A stretch of DNA of 64,000 nucleotides from positions 65,507-129,506 of IMG/VR virus record IMGVR_UViG_3300027741_000002; one strand, given 5' to 3'. This DNA comes from a virus. The notes under the pieces were generated by a model that worked only from the letters and a program-made list of their open reading frames with translations, ran no database searches and was not told where the DNA came from. The position numbers were made by a program, and so were the translations under genes. Shown here piece after piece: positions 46,767-58,350 of the stretch (positions are counted from its first letter, which is position 1; each line of letters starts with the position of its first letter).

Positions 46767-47903
46767 ATGAAAAGACGTATAACGCTACTTGGGATTGTTT
46801 CCATGGCAACTCTCATCGCAACACCTGCTCACGCGGACTGGGCAATTGACACAGACTCTAGCTCCACAGTTTCCCGCATGGCAGGAGACGATCTGCTTCA
46901 GACTAGGGCAGACGGCTACTTTTTAATTACCGCAGACGAAATTTTTTCTACTCCTCAGATGTCTCTTCAGACAGAAGCTCCTAGGCCAAAGGCGCAGTAT
47001 GCAGTTATCGTTGGCGGAGTTGTTGATAAGATTGTTACCTGGGACGGTTATACGCCTAATCGCAAGATTGATGCGTACGGCATTATCGTAAAGCTTCCTG
47101 TGTCAAAGGGAGTCAAGTACGTAGACTCAAATGGAGTAATTCGATTTAAGCCAGTTACACAGGGATCCATCATTTCTGTTCTACAGGATACAGGCAAGGT
47201 TGTTACACCTTCGTATGATGTTATTCTAAACGAGCTACTTTCACTAGTACAACCGATGGGTAACGCTGTAGCCGAGGCTAACACTCCGGTTGTCGTATCT
47301 CAAACTGTTGCTACGAATAACTCAGTTTCTCTTAATATTCAGGTACCTGACGTTGCAAATCTTCCTTTAACGTCATCTGTATCTGTCTACGTCATAACGG
47401 ACGGTAGATCTACCACTGCTATTGGTTTAGCTCCATCACAAACTGCGGTGACAGTAACGGACGTACCTCAAGGGCAGAACGTTACAGTTAAGACCGTTAT
47501 TCGTGACTCCGTGACAAACACGGAAAGAGTCATCTCAAATCCGGTAATTGCTACAGTAGCTGCAACACTTCCTGCTACCGTTGCTGCAAGAGACGCTGCA
47601 CGTGATGTTGCTACGATTGCTGCTCCGGTAACCCAGGCGGTAACCACCGACACGTCGGGCGCTCGTCAGGCAACGATCTCAATACCTGCGGTGACGAACT
47701 TTGATGGTAATAAGACCTGGGCAACCCTTATGGTTGTTGATAAGAAGACAGGGTCTACTACCGCGATTGGCACCGACGGGTCTGCACAGACTATCGACGT
47801 TAACTCGTTAGGGTCTAGCAGCGAGTATACCGTTAAGCTTGTTCTTCGCGATCTAGCAACAGGACAAGAGACAACTATCTACGGTGAGACAATTAACAAG
47901 TAA
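46767..47903 (+). CDS. Exported protein with two FN3-like repeats
   Basis: Signal peptide ending AHA; repeats GRSTTAIG..KTVIRDSVT and GSTTAIG..KLVLRDLAT. Confidence 0.72.
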   Translation: MKRRITLLGIVSMATLIATPAHADWAIDTDSSSTVSRMAGDDLLQTRADGYFLITADEIFSTPQMSLQTEAPRPKAQYAVIVGGVVDKIVTWDGYTPNRKIDAYGIIVKLPVSKGVKYVDSNGVIRFKPVTQGSIISVLQDTGKVVTPSYDVILNELLSLVQPMGNAVAEANTPVVVSQTVATNNSVSLNIQVPDVANLPLTSSVSVYVITDGRSTTAIGLAPSQTAVTVTDVPQGQNVTVKTVIRDSVTNTERVISNPVIATVAATLPATVAARDAARDVATIAAPVTQAVTTDTSGARQATISIPAVTNFDGNKTWATLMVVDKKTGSTTAIGTDGSAQTIDVNSLGSSSEYTVKLVLRDLATGQETTIYGETINK

Positions 47904-47914
47904 TTAGTTAAAAG

Positions 47915-47956
47915 AAAGAGCCGGTTGCATATGTAAATATGCTCCCGGCTCTCTTT
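47915..47956. terminator. Bidirectional terminator between convergent genes
   Basis: AGAGCCGG/CCGGCTCT stem flanked by A-rich and T-rich tracts. Confidence 0.65.
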
Positions 47957-47968
47957 AATTCTTAATAG

Positions 47969-48808
47969 TTAAAAGGTTATGCTCCCCGAAGCGTTAAATT
48001 GATAGATATGATAGCTTCCAGAAGTTGTGTATACCGGCGAGCCTACTGTTGTGCGTGCTGCGCTAGTTGCTCTTAGTATAACCACACCTGATCCTCCAGC
48101 GCCTTGATTTGTATTTGCCGCACCAGTAATTCTATCGTTTCCACCACCGCCACCGCCAGTATTTGCTGTGCCGCTTGTTCCGTAGTCTGCACCAGAAGCT
48201 CCACCCCCGCCTAGACCTCCATCTGCTCCCCCGTCCATTGGTGACCCTCCGCCACCGCCTGCACGATATACAGATGTGCCAGTAATTGATGAGGCAATTC
48301 CATTACCTCCAGTTGCTGGTCCCCCTGTTGTGCCTACAGCACCAGCTCCACCGCCTCCACCACCCCAAGGATGACTTCCTCCTCCACCATTAAATCCTTG
48401 ACCAGCTGTTCCTTGTCCACCATTTCCAGTGCTATTTGCTCCTCCGCCACCACCAGAACCTCCCGTGTATCCAGTGTTAGTAGCATGTACTCCTGCTCCT
48501 CCGCCTAAAGAAGTTATTGTTGAAAATACAGAATCAGTTCCATTTGTTCCAACATATGCAGTTTTAGCTCCACCACCTCCTACTGTGACGCCATAACTGA
48601 CGCCTGCAGTTAAAGATAAAACTGCTTCTGCTGAAGTATTTCTTCCTGAAAGTTCTCCTACTACTGAGGACCTATATCCTCCTGCTCCGCCGCCTCCGCC
48701 GTGATAAGTAGAACCTCCAGATGCACCACCAGCAATAACTAAGTACTCGACGTTAAATGTTAAAAATGATTTTGTATTCTGTGATGCGCTAGTTCCTATA
48801 AGTGGCAT
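47969..48808 (-). CDS. Glycine-rich-domain protein, putative fibre/adhesin
   Basis: MPLIGTSAS; YLVIAGG; GGSGVVILR; YHIYQFNASGSITF. Confidence 0.8.
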   Translation of the reverse strand: MPLIGTSASQNTKSFLTFNVEYLVIAGGASGGSTYHGGGGGAGGYRSSVVGELSGRNTSAEAVLSLTAGVSYGVTVGGGGAKTAYVGTNGTDSVFSTITSLGGGAGVHATNTGYTGGSGGGGGANSTGNGGQGTAGQGFNGGGGSHPWGGGGGGAGAVGTTGGPATGGNGIASSITGTSVYRAGGGGGSPMDGGADGGLGGGGASGADYGTSGTANTGGGGGGNDRITGAANTNQGAGGSGVVILRATSAARTTVGSPVYTTSGSYHIYQFNASGSITF

Positions 48809-48949
48809 AAGGCTATTTTATCACAACAACAGCAAAGCGATAGTTTAAGTTTCAACTAGCTACTTCCTCATAAGGCACCAAGAAGTCCTACTAAGAAGTA
48901 GCTGGAGTATGATAGATTAGACCTAACTAGTTTTTAGGGTAGGGGTATT

Positions 48950-50946
<1,997 letters not shown>

Positions 50947-51142
50947 TTCAAAACTCTAAGCCCTCTCATACCGCGTAAAGACGCCTTAAAAGCATACACC
51001 CTTCAACTTAAGGGTTTACAGCAGTTTGATTCTCTTGTTTGTTTGTAAGAATTGTACATTAGAACGGACAAAGTATTATGTCTGCAATAAATGTACATAT
51101 GGTATTTAGCACATTTTAAGCTAAATAGGGTATGATATCTTA

Positions 51143-51802
51143 ATGGAACTTGACGACAAGATAGCGCTACTTTACGCACGTGTATCTACGTCTATGCAGG
51201 TTCAAGACGGCATCTCGCTAGAGGTTCAAGAGCGCACGTTGCGCCAGGCCGCGGAGCTTGCAGGGTATAAAAATGTACAATTGATACGCGAGGAAGGACG
51301 CTCTGGCAAATCAATTAAAGGCCGTCCCGTCCTCCGTAAGGCCTTATTAGATCTTGAGTTAGGCAAAGCCCATGCATTATTTGTTACCCGCCTAGATCGC
51401 CTATCTCGCTCAACTCAAGACTTCCTATCTATCATTGACCACTCTAAGACGTACGACTGGCGCCTTGTTCTTCTTGATCTTAATCTGGACACTTCTTCAT
51501 ACCAGTCTCGCTTTGTCGTGACAATCATGTCCGCGCTCGCAGAGATGGAAAGATCTATCATCTCCGAGCGTCAGAAGGACGTTCACTCATATAGACGCTC
51601 AACAGGTAAAGTATGGGGTGTAGACCTAGGCCCTAAGCAACTTATCTCTGACGAGATACGTAGTCGTATTATAGCAGAACGAGAAAAGGGTCTTTCTTTG
51701 CGTGTTATTGCAAACACATTGCAAGCTGAAGGTATTCCTACAGCTTATGGCGGGAAATGGTCTGCTTCTAGTATTAAGTACGTATTAGACCAGCAAAAAT
51801 AA
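51143..51802 (+). CDS. Serine recombinase (resolvase/invertase family)
   Basis: LYARVST..Q, SGKSIKGRP, RLDRLSRS, LAEMER, C-terminal HTH GLSLRVIA..GGKWSASSIK. Confidence 0.92.
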   Translation: MELDDKIALLYARVSTSMQVQDGISLEVQERTLRQAAELAGYKNVQLIREEGRSGKSIKGRPVLRKALLDLELGKAHALFVTRLDRLSRSTQDFLSIIDHSKTYDWRLVLLDLNLDTSSYQSRFVVTIMSALAEMERSIISERQKDVHSYRRSTGKVWGVDLGPKQLISDEIRSRIIAEREKGLSLRVIANTLQAEGIPTAYGGKWSASSIKYVLDQQK

Positions 51803-51932
51803 GAAGTCTGGACAAGATAGTATAAGACATATTGTTGTTACAGGTATATGATAACAACGTTGATCTAGGGCACTTAGCTTTTAAAGCCAGTAAGTCTCCT
51901 TCTTTAACCTGTATACGGAGAAGAAGGAAACT

Positions 51933-52058
51933 ATGCTCGTAGTAGGCACAGTATCATCCAGTTCGAAGGTATCTACCTCGTGGGAAAACGTGTCTTCTTC
52001 CTTACAGTGGAATGAAGTACCAGAAACATTTATCTGGTCTTCTCTAACTAAACTCTAA
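51933..52058 (+). CDS. 41-aa peptide, putative fibre adaptor (not in ORF track)
   Basis: AAGGA RBS; MLVVGTVSSS..WENV..WNEV..WSSL. Confidence 0.6.
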   Translation: MLVVGTVSSSSKVSTSWENVSSSLQWNEVPETFIWSSLTKL

Positions 52059-52068
52059 GGAAAATCCT

Positions 52069-52830
52069 ATGGCAACAACTACCAACTTCGGGTGGACAAC
52101 TCCCGATGACTCATCTCTCGTCCAACAAGGCGCCTCAGCCATTCGCTCATTAGGCACCTCAGTTGATACCACTGTTGCAACTATGATTCCAAAATCTATT
52201 GTAGACGCTAAGGGTGACATTGTTGCTGCTACTGCAGCAGATACTGTTGCTCGTCTTGCTGCAGGTGCTAACGATACAGTACTTACTGCAGACTCTACTG
52301 CTGCTACTGGATTGAAGTGGGCTGCTGCTCCTGCTGCTGGTTCTATGACTCAAATTGCCACAGGTGATATATCTAGTGGTGGTGGTTCTAGCCTAACAAT
52401 ATCTTCTATTCCTCAAACTTATAAATCTTTGCAACTGCAACTTTTTAATGTTACAGGTGATTCTTCAATTACCAATATGGGTCTTCAACTTAATGGTAAT
52501 ACTAATAGCAATTATTCTTATACTTATACTCTTAATACTTCAACTGCAAATACTAGTCAATTTAGCAATATAGATAGTCTTTATATAGGTCGTTTTGGTG
52601 GCAACTATACTTATTCTATGGTTATGGATATTCCTTTATATACACAATCTTCTATGGCTAAATATGTTAGTTGGTATTCAAGTTGGCAATATAGCACTTA
52701 TATGTATGTTTCTATGGGGGTTGGCGGAACTACTGGAGTAACTTCAGCGGTTACAAGTATTACACTTTTATCAAATGGTATTTCTGCTTTTACAAGCGGA
52801 AGTACCTACATACTATACGGAGTAAAATAA
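52069..52830 (+). CDS. Tail-fibre-like protein
   Basis: MATTTNFGWTTPDD..AKGDIVAATAADTVARL..GLKWAA; C-terminal ISSIPQTYKSL..YILYGVK. Confidence 0.8.
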   Translation: MATTTNFGWTTPDDSSLVQQGASAIRSLGTSVDTTVATMIPKSIVDAKGDIVAATAADTVARLAAGANDTVLTADSTAATGLKWAAAPAAGSMTQIATGDISSGGGSSLTISSIPQTYKSLQLQLFNVTGDSSITNMGLQLNGNTNSNYSYTYTLNTSTANTSQFSNIDSLYIGRFGGNYTYSMVMDIPLYTQSSMAKYVSWYSSWQYSTYMYVSMGVGGTTGVTSAVTSITLLSNGISAFTSGSTYILYGVK

Positions 52831-52831
52831 T

Positions 52832-53041
52832 ATGAGCAGACCAATGGTAAGAATTCACGACCTATCAACAGACACAGTCATTGACCGTGAAATGAACGAT
52901 GAAGAATTTGCTGCCTATGAAGCACAGCAAGCAGCCAATGCTGTTGCTGCTCAGCAAGAAGCAGATAAGGCAGCAGCCAAAGAAGCACTATTAAGCAAGC
53001 TCGGCATTACAGCAGACGAAGCAAAACTACTTTTAAGTTAA
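52832..53041 (+). CDS. Fibre chaperone-like small protein
   Basis: IDREMNDEEFA..KEALLSKLGITADEAKLLL, directly after the fibre gene. Confidence 0.7.
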   Translation: MSRPMVRIHDLSTDTVIDREMNDEEFAAYEAQQAANAVAAQQEADKAAAKEALLSKLGITADEAKLLLS

Positions 53042-53079
53042 AGACTTTCCTTGTTTTTAGGATTAAAAGATCTATACCT

Positions 53080-53125
53080 AAAAATAGAGCCGGACGCGCG
53101 ATTACTCACGCTGTCCGGCTCTTTA
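53080..53125. terminator. Bidirectional terminator
   Basis: AGAGCCGGAC/GTCCGGCTCT stem between convergent genes. Confidence 0.7.
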
Positions 53126-53194
53126 TGTTTTAGGCGTTCTCTCCCAGGACACCAAAAACTAGTATTACTGTATACCTGTTTCCAGGCTCTTGCG

Positions 53195-53959
53195 CTATTT
53201 TACGGGCAATCCTGTAATAGCATTCCAAGTTTTTGGGCCGATAACCCCGTCCGCCGCGCCTAGCTTAGGGTTCTTCTCCTGAAACGCAATTACTGCCTTC
53301 TTAGTTACAGGTCCATATTGTCCATCAGCTGGTTTAATACCTAAAGCTTTCTGTACTGTAGCAATATGGATACCAGCTTCTCCTGGGTCGATTGTCTCGC
53401 CTGGATAAACCTGTCCAGTTGTGTCTACTGCCTTTTCAACCTTTACCTCTACCGCCGCGCCGAAGACTGGACTACCAAAACCTACAACAAAAATAGGAAG
53501 ACCTTTTTTATTTGCCTTATACGCGCGGATCTTTTTTGCAACTTCTCCGCCGTTGTTTTGACTTCCTTTTTCATTACCTGCTGTGTTACCTTCAATGGTA
53601 GTTACAGATCCGTCGCCGTTATCCTTAACTACGATACCGACGTGCTGAATACCTGCTGTCATTCCTCTAGAGAAATCAAAATAAACAAGATCTCCTGGCT
53701 GAGGAGTAGCTGACGCTGCGTCTGTCCACTGTTTTGCCTTCTTAAACGCAGTCGCGCCCGCAACAGTTGAAACTGTGTTGGGAAGCTTTACTCCTGCTTG
53801 ATTTGCAGACCACATGCAAAAACTACCACACCATGGCAAAAAGTTTGCCTTAGTAAACGCGCCATACTTAGTTTGATTATCCTTTGGTCCTTCTGCTGTG
53901 CCTAGCTCTGCTAGCGCCACTTCTACTAAGCGAGCTGCTGTTCCTTGTGCTGCTGCCAT
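53195..53959 (-). CDS. CHAP-domain endolysin with PG-binding domain
   Basis: PWCGSF, PQPGDLVYF, QHVGIV, TIEGNT; ADGQYGPVT..ADGVIGPKTW. Confidence 0.9.
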   Translation of the reverse strand: MAAAQGTAARLVEVALAELGTAEGPKDNQTKYGAFTKANFLPWCGSFCMWSANQAGVKLPNTVSTVAGATAFKKAKQWTDAASATPQPGDLVYFDFSRGMTAGIQHVGIVVKDNGDGSVTTIEGNTAGNEKGSQNNGGEVAKKIRAYKANKKGLPIFVVGFGSPVFGAAVEVKVEKAVDTTGQVYPGETIDPGEAGIHIATVQKALGIKPADGQYGPVTKKAVIAFQEKNPKLGAADGVIGPKTWNAITGLPVK

Positions 53960-54054
53960 TTTTACTTACCTCCCTTAGGCTTTGATGGTTTTGGCTTTGA
54001 TTTTCTGCATCCACATGTTGCACACATATTATTTTCCTTTCTACTGGTTTTTAA

Positions 54055-54582
54055 TTAACCGTTTGATTCAACAACTTTTACATCCGCGGGGACAGAGTAT
54101 TTATTGTACGCTGCCACCCAGTCTTTAGAAATTGCTTTCTGTGCGTCTTTAAGTGTAATAGCTCCAGCACAGATCATTCTCTTTAACTTTGTCTCGATGA
54201 CGTCTTTCTTTCGTGCATTTGCTCCTACATACGGTTGCGGCCAAAGATTTTTAGGGTCAGAAGGTGATCCGCCTAGCTGTAGTGAAATAAGATGATCTTC
54301 TTCATAGCCGGATAGATCTGCTCCGTATGTCGCAACTAAGAACTTATAGGTTGTTGCAAGCTGTGTTTCCTTTAGCTTATTTGTGTATGTAGTAGTAGGA
54401 CGCACGGTATCTGTCCACCCTGACTTACAGATATTGTCCTTAATGTTTGCCTGTGTTACATCTGGATTTGTTATACCAGGTGTCAACTTTGCCTTTGGCT
54501 TTACCCAATCTGCCGCATATGACGGAGTTGTAATCGCAAGAGCAATGGCTACCGCTATAGAAATTCGTGTGCTATTTTTCAT
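54055..54582 (-). CDS. Exported HNH-like protein
   Basis: Signal peptide ending SYA; YEEDHLISLQLGGSPSDPKNLWPQ. Confidence 0.7.
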   Translation of the reverse strand: MKNSTRISIAVAIALAITTPSYAADWVKPKAKLTPGITNPDVTQANIKDNICKSGWTDTVRPTTTYTNKLKETQLATTYKFLVATYGADLSGYEEDHLISLQLGGSPSDPKNLWPQPYVGANARKKDVIETKLKRMICAGAITLKDAQKAISKDWVAAYNKYSVPADVKVVESNG

Positions 54583-54602
54583 TGGTGTTCTTTGACCAGT
54601 CC

Positions 54603-57224
54603 TTATCCGCGAGAGTAGCGAGAAGCAAGACCCCAGTCGACCTCGCCAGTTTGTACAGCGCGCGGAACAAGTATTCGACCTTGAATTTCAGCCTTTGAAC
54701 CAAGACCGACTACAGTCATTCCGCGATCCGATATCTTACGCTGGAATGCAATCTGTGTCATTGGTCTTTCACCGCGTTCTTCACTCCATGCACGATATAC
54801 AGAGTACAAAGCCTTGATAGGAACTACCGTTCCTTCAGACTCCTTTGTCTCTTCGTTTAAGAAGATGCCGATACGGTCTTCGTTCTTTCTGTAGATCTCA
54901 GATGCCTCGGTTACAACCTTACAGGTTCCAAGAGCATCACGTGCAGACGAGCCAAGCAGTTTAATCGCACCCTCAACTGCCCAGGATAGAACAGCAGGCA
55001 ACGCGCCTTCAGGATCAAATATATAGTGCTTCAAGTCTGGGTCTGGAGATTCAGGAACGTTGTTCAATGGCACAGGACGAATACGACGCCACATCGCATC
55101 ATCGTTAATGATAGGTCTGTGGTTTGTTGTAACCCACAGTTTCGCGCGCGATGAAAACGTAAATGGTTTTTCACCAGGTGAACGTGCAGAGATTTCAGAA
55201 GAACCTGTAAGCTTCTTAACTGAGTTTTCTTTAAGTCTTTCAGACTCGGGCAACTCGTCAACCCACACCATACGACGTCCGCGTAACTCTGCCCAGTGAT
55301 AAAGATCTGAGCCATTGGCGTGACCGTCTCCTTGCGCAAGGATAGAAGAATCAAGAGGCCAGGCATATTGCTGTGTGCCCATGCACTTAACCAACGCTTC
55401 AACAAGTGTGTTCTTGCCTGAACCTGCAGGGCCATAGATCAAAAACATTACGTCGTATGTACGTAGACCGGTTAACGAGTAACCTGCTGCACGTTGAATC
55501 CAATCTTGCAGCTCTTTATCTCCGCCTGTTGCAAAGTCTAAGAACTGTTCCCACTTAACATTTCGCATTCCTGCGGTGTATGCAACAGGTGCGCGGCGAG
55601 TAATAAACAAATCAGGACGTCCCTTAAGTAATTCACCGGTGCGAAGATCAATAACTCCGTTGGCAACGCCAAGTAGTGTCTCGTCTGAATCCCACGCGTT
55701 AACCTCAACCTGCACGCGAGGATCTGACGTTGCGTTTTCGATACAGCCTGCGATGCGCGAGTTAGATTTTGCTTGCAATGCCCACTTCATTAACTCTGCT
55801 TGCTTGTCTGCGTCCTCATAGTTAACAACTTCAGATGCAATAACCGGCGCAAGCTTCTTTGTTAACTCTTGTAGTTCAAGATTTTCTACGTCAGGTTTCC
55901 AGTATCCGCCGTCCCAGTGAAACCAACCAAGTCCTGGCGTGTAACGAATTGCAGGACCAAATGCATCTACAAGACGACGACCGTTTCCCGTATCTGTAAG
56001 TGTGCGCTTACCAGGTTCTCCACCGTCGTTCTCGTTAATAGCGTCAACATCCTTAGGCACGTCCATCTTTAAAAGACTTGACGCCTCAGAAATTGAATCG
56101 CCATCTGAGATTGACTGTGTAATTGATCCGCCGATAGTTCCTGGTGCGTTATATGTATCCTGCGGTGAATAATTTTCAGTTGTTCTAATTTCCTGTTGCT
56201 TTGTAGGCTTAGAGCGTGTTTCATCTTGAGACTTGTTAGCCCACTCCTGTAGTCCTGGCCACATGCGCTCTGACTTTGGATTGTCAATAACAAACTGAAT
56301 TGCTCTGCGAACGTGCATGAGCAATCCGCCTTGGCCTTCAAGCTCAAGCGGAGGCCGCACCTTTTCAGCGTTAAAGCGAATCATCATAGTTTCGACTGCA
56401 AGTTTACCAGCCTCGGTGTTGATTGGAAACTTATTAGCAAGCGCACATGTCATCGAGTAAATATCAACAGCGCGTGAGCCTTCTTCAATTCCTTCCTCAA
56501 GCAAACGTTCTACGTCGATGCGCTCGCCAGCAAAGTCTAGGTCCTCTAGGAAAGTCCAATCGCCTTCACCAAGATTCGTGCCACCGCGACGACTATTCTT
56601 CTTACGAAGAGACTGCAGTAACTCTTCAGGTGCGGTTGCCATCTCAATTTCCCACGGCGCATGACCTGGTGCCCACTCGTAACAAACTCCAGAGAAGTGT
56701 CGTGATGGAGTAATTAAAACGTATCCATTGTGTTTAATATCAACGCCCGGAAGGTTTGCCTTCTTAAGATTTCCAACAAGCTGCTCTGACTCTTCGCACT
56801 TATAAAATAGGTGACGACCGCGCATTACCTTTCCACCGGCGATTGTGTACTCGCCTGTGATTGCCTCAACTGTTGGAGGCAGGAATCCTTCGACTAATGC
56901 TTCAAACTTTTCAAATGAATCTGGTCCACCTGAGCGCGGATCAATATCAATTACAAAAAATCCACTGGAGCGACACATGACACCGATGTTCATGTTTGGA
57001 TCTCTGTCCCACCAAGAGTCTACAGTTGCAGCGTCTGTAGTTGCAAACTTGTTCCACTCTGGAAGTGATGGGTGCTTGCCTACGTCCTTTGGCTCAACGT
57101 GCGCGCCGCCACAAGTGCAACGACCTCCGACGATTCCATAGCAAGGAAGTATAGACCAGTTATGAGTCGCGTACCAATTTGCAGCAGGACCTAGACGTCC
57201 CTCTGCTGACTCCCATGCGCTCAT
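54603..57224 (-). CDS. Bifunctional primase-polymerase fused to a D5/P4-type SF3 helicase
   Basis: GKHP, NIG..FVIDIDPR, GRHLFY; TDTGNGRRL; GPAGSGKNT; TNHRP..DDAMWRR. Confidence 0.93.
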   Translation of the reverse strand: MSAWESAEGRLGPAANWYATHNWSILPCYGIVGGRCTCGGAHVEPKDVGKHPSLPEWNKFATTDAATVDSWWDRDPNMNIGVMCRSSGFFVIDIDPRSGGPDSFEKFEALVEGFLPPTVEAITGEYTIAGGKVMRGRHLFYKCEESEQLVGNLKKANLPGVDIKHNGYVLITPSRHFSGVCYEWAPGHAPWEIEMATAPEELLQSLRKKNSRRGGTNLGEGDWTFLEDLDFAGERIDVERLLEEGIEEGSRAVDIYSMTCALANKFPINTEAGKLAVETMMIRFNAEKVRPPLELEGQGGLLMHVRRAIQFVIDNPKSERMWPGLQEWANKSQDETRSKPTKQQEIRTTENYSPQDTYNAPGTIGGSITQSISDGDSISEASSLLKMDVPKDVDAINENDGGEPGKRTLTDTGNGRRLVDAFGPAIRYTPGLGWFHWDGGYWKPDVENLELQELTKKLAPVIASEVVNYEDADKQAELMKWALQAKSNSRIAGCIENATSDPRVQVEVNAWDSDETLLGVANGVIDLRTGELLKGRPDLFITRRAPVAYTAGMRNVKWEQFLDFATGGDKELQDWIQRAAGYSLTGLRTYDVMFLIYGPAGSGKNTLVEALVKCMGTQQYAWPLDSSILAQGDGHANGSDLYHWAELRGRRMVWVDELPESERLKENSVKKLTGSSEISARSPGEKPFTFSSRAKLWVTTNHRPIINDDAMWRRIRPVPLNNVPESPDPDLKHYIFDPEGALPAVLSWAVEGAIKLLGSSARDALGTCKVVTEASEIYRKNEDRIGIFLNEETKESEGTVVPIKALYSVYRAWSEERGERPMTQIAFQRKISDRGMTVVGLGSKAEIQGRILVPRAVQTGEVDWGLASRYSRG

Positions 57225-57452
57225 ACGCAGTTACCTTGCTCTAGCATCTTTTCGTCGTTAACTCCAATCAAATATAATTATAAAACTCTAATTTTTCTAG
57301 AGAAACTCTATCATATCACTTATTTAGAATCTTTGTTACTTGGCAACTATAAAGGGTACGTATCATATAAGTAAACAACCAAAACAACTAATACTTTAAT
57401 CCTTAATATATAATTTGATATATCTTTGATACTTAACTGAAAGGCAACTACC

Positions 57453-57830
57453 TTGCTTAATCAACTATCAATGCAGGTAGGCGCAATGGTTGGAATCGTA
57501 GGCGGAGGCTTATTTCTCCTAGCCTTCATCTATAAGATCTACAAGGTCATCAACCGCGTCGAGACCGCCATCGGCGTAGACGACAAAGGAAGAACTATGT
57601 CCGAACGCATGGAAAGAGTCGAGTACCAACTTTGGGAAAATGGAGGAAACTCCATGAAGGATCAGATAAATACGCACGGGGAACTAGCTAAGCAGACAGC
57701 CACAGAGGTTAAGTTTATTAAGGACGTTCTTCTTCAGCTTCTATCTCTTCCCGAAATGCATCAAGGCCCTGCTCCAGTTGAACCAAAGATGACAAAGGCA
57801 CCACGCAAAAAGAAGGCTTCAACCGCATAA
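57453..57830 (+). CDS. Single-TM membrane protein with coiled coil (lysis-associated-like)
   Basis: N-terminal TM segment; QLWENGGNSMKD. Confidence 0.65.
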   Translation: MLNQLSMQVGAMVGIVGGGLFLLAFIYKIYKVINRVETAIGVDDKGRTMSERMERVEYQLWENGGNSMKDQINTHGELAKQTATEVKFIKDVLLQLLSLPEMHQGPAPVEPKMTKAPRKKKASTA

Positions 57831-58060
57831 CAGAAGCAGTTTTATTTTGTCTTGTTTTACGTCTTTCTGTACTGTATTCCTGCTGTAAGTACACTTATAA
57901 GTACAGTTAACATTACTTTTTAATTAACTATTTATTTGCCTAATAAGCAGTACTTTTGCTTACTTCTTGTTACAATTTTCCTAACCGTTAGCTCAAGGCT
58001 TATGGTTCACTTAACCGGAGATGCCGTTAAGTAGCGTGTAGACAATACTTGGAGAGCTAT

Positions 58061-58339
58061 ATGTCACTTGCAGAACGTTTATCTCAATCCTCAGGAATCG
58101 GTGCGGGTCTACCGTGCAAGATAGGAAGCCTACTAACAGGCGAACAACTTTCAAAGGAAGATAAGGCAAAGCTTGCCGAGGTACTTGAGGTTCCTTACGG
58201 TGCTCCAGGACGTCTTCCTAACACGGTTATTGCCGCTGCTCTACGAGACGAAGGATTAGACGTAGGTGACGCTGCGGTGACAAAGCACCGTCGCGGCGCG
58301 TGCCGATGCTTCGGATCTAATCCTAAGATTAGTGCGTAG
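58061..58339 (+). CDS. Hypothetical Cys/His protein
   Basis: PCKI..VTKHRRGACRC. Confidence 0.7.
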   Translation: MSLAERLSQSSGIGAGLPCKIGSLLTGEQLSKEDKAKLAEVLEVPYGAPGRLPNTVIAAALRDEGLDVGDAAVTKHRRGACRCFGSNPKISA

Positions 58340-58350
58340 GTATTAACTAG

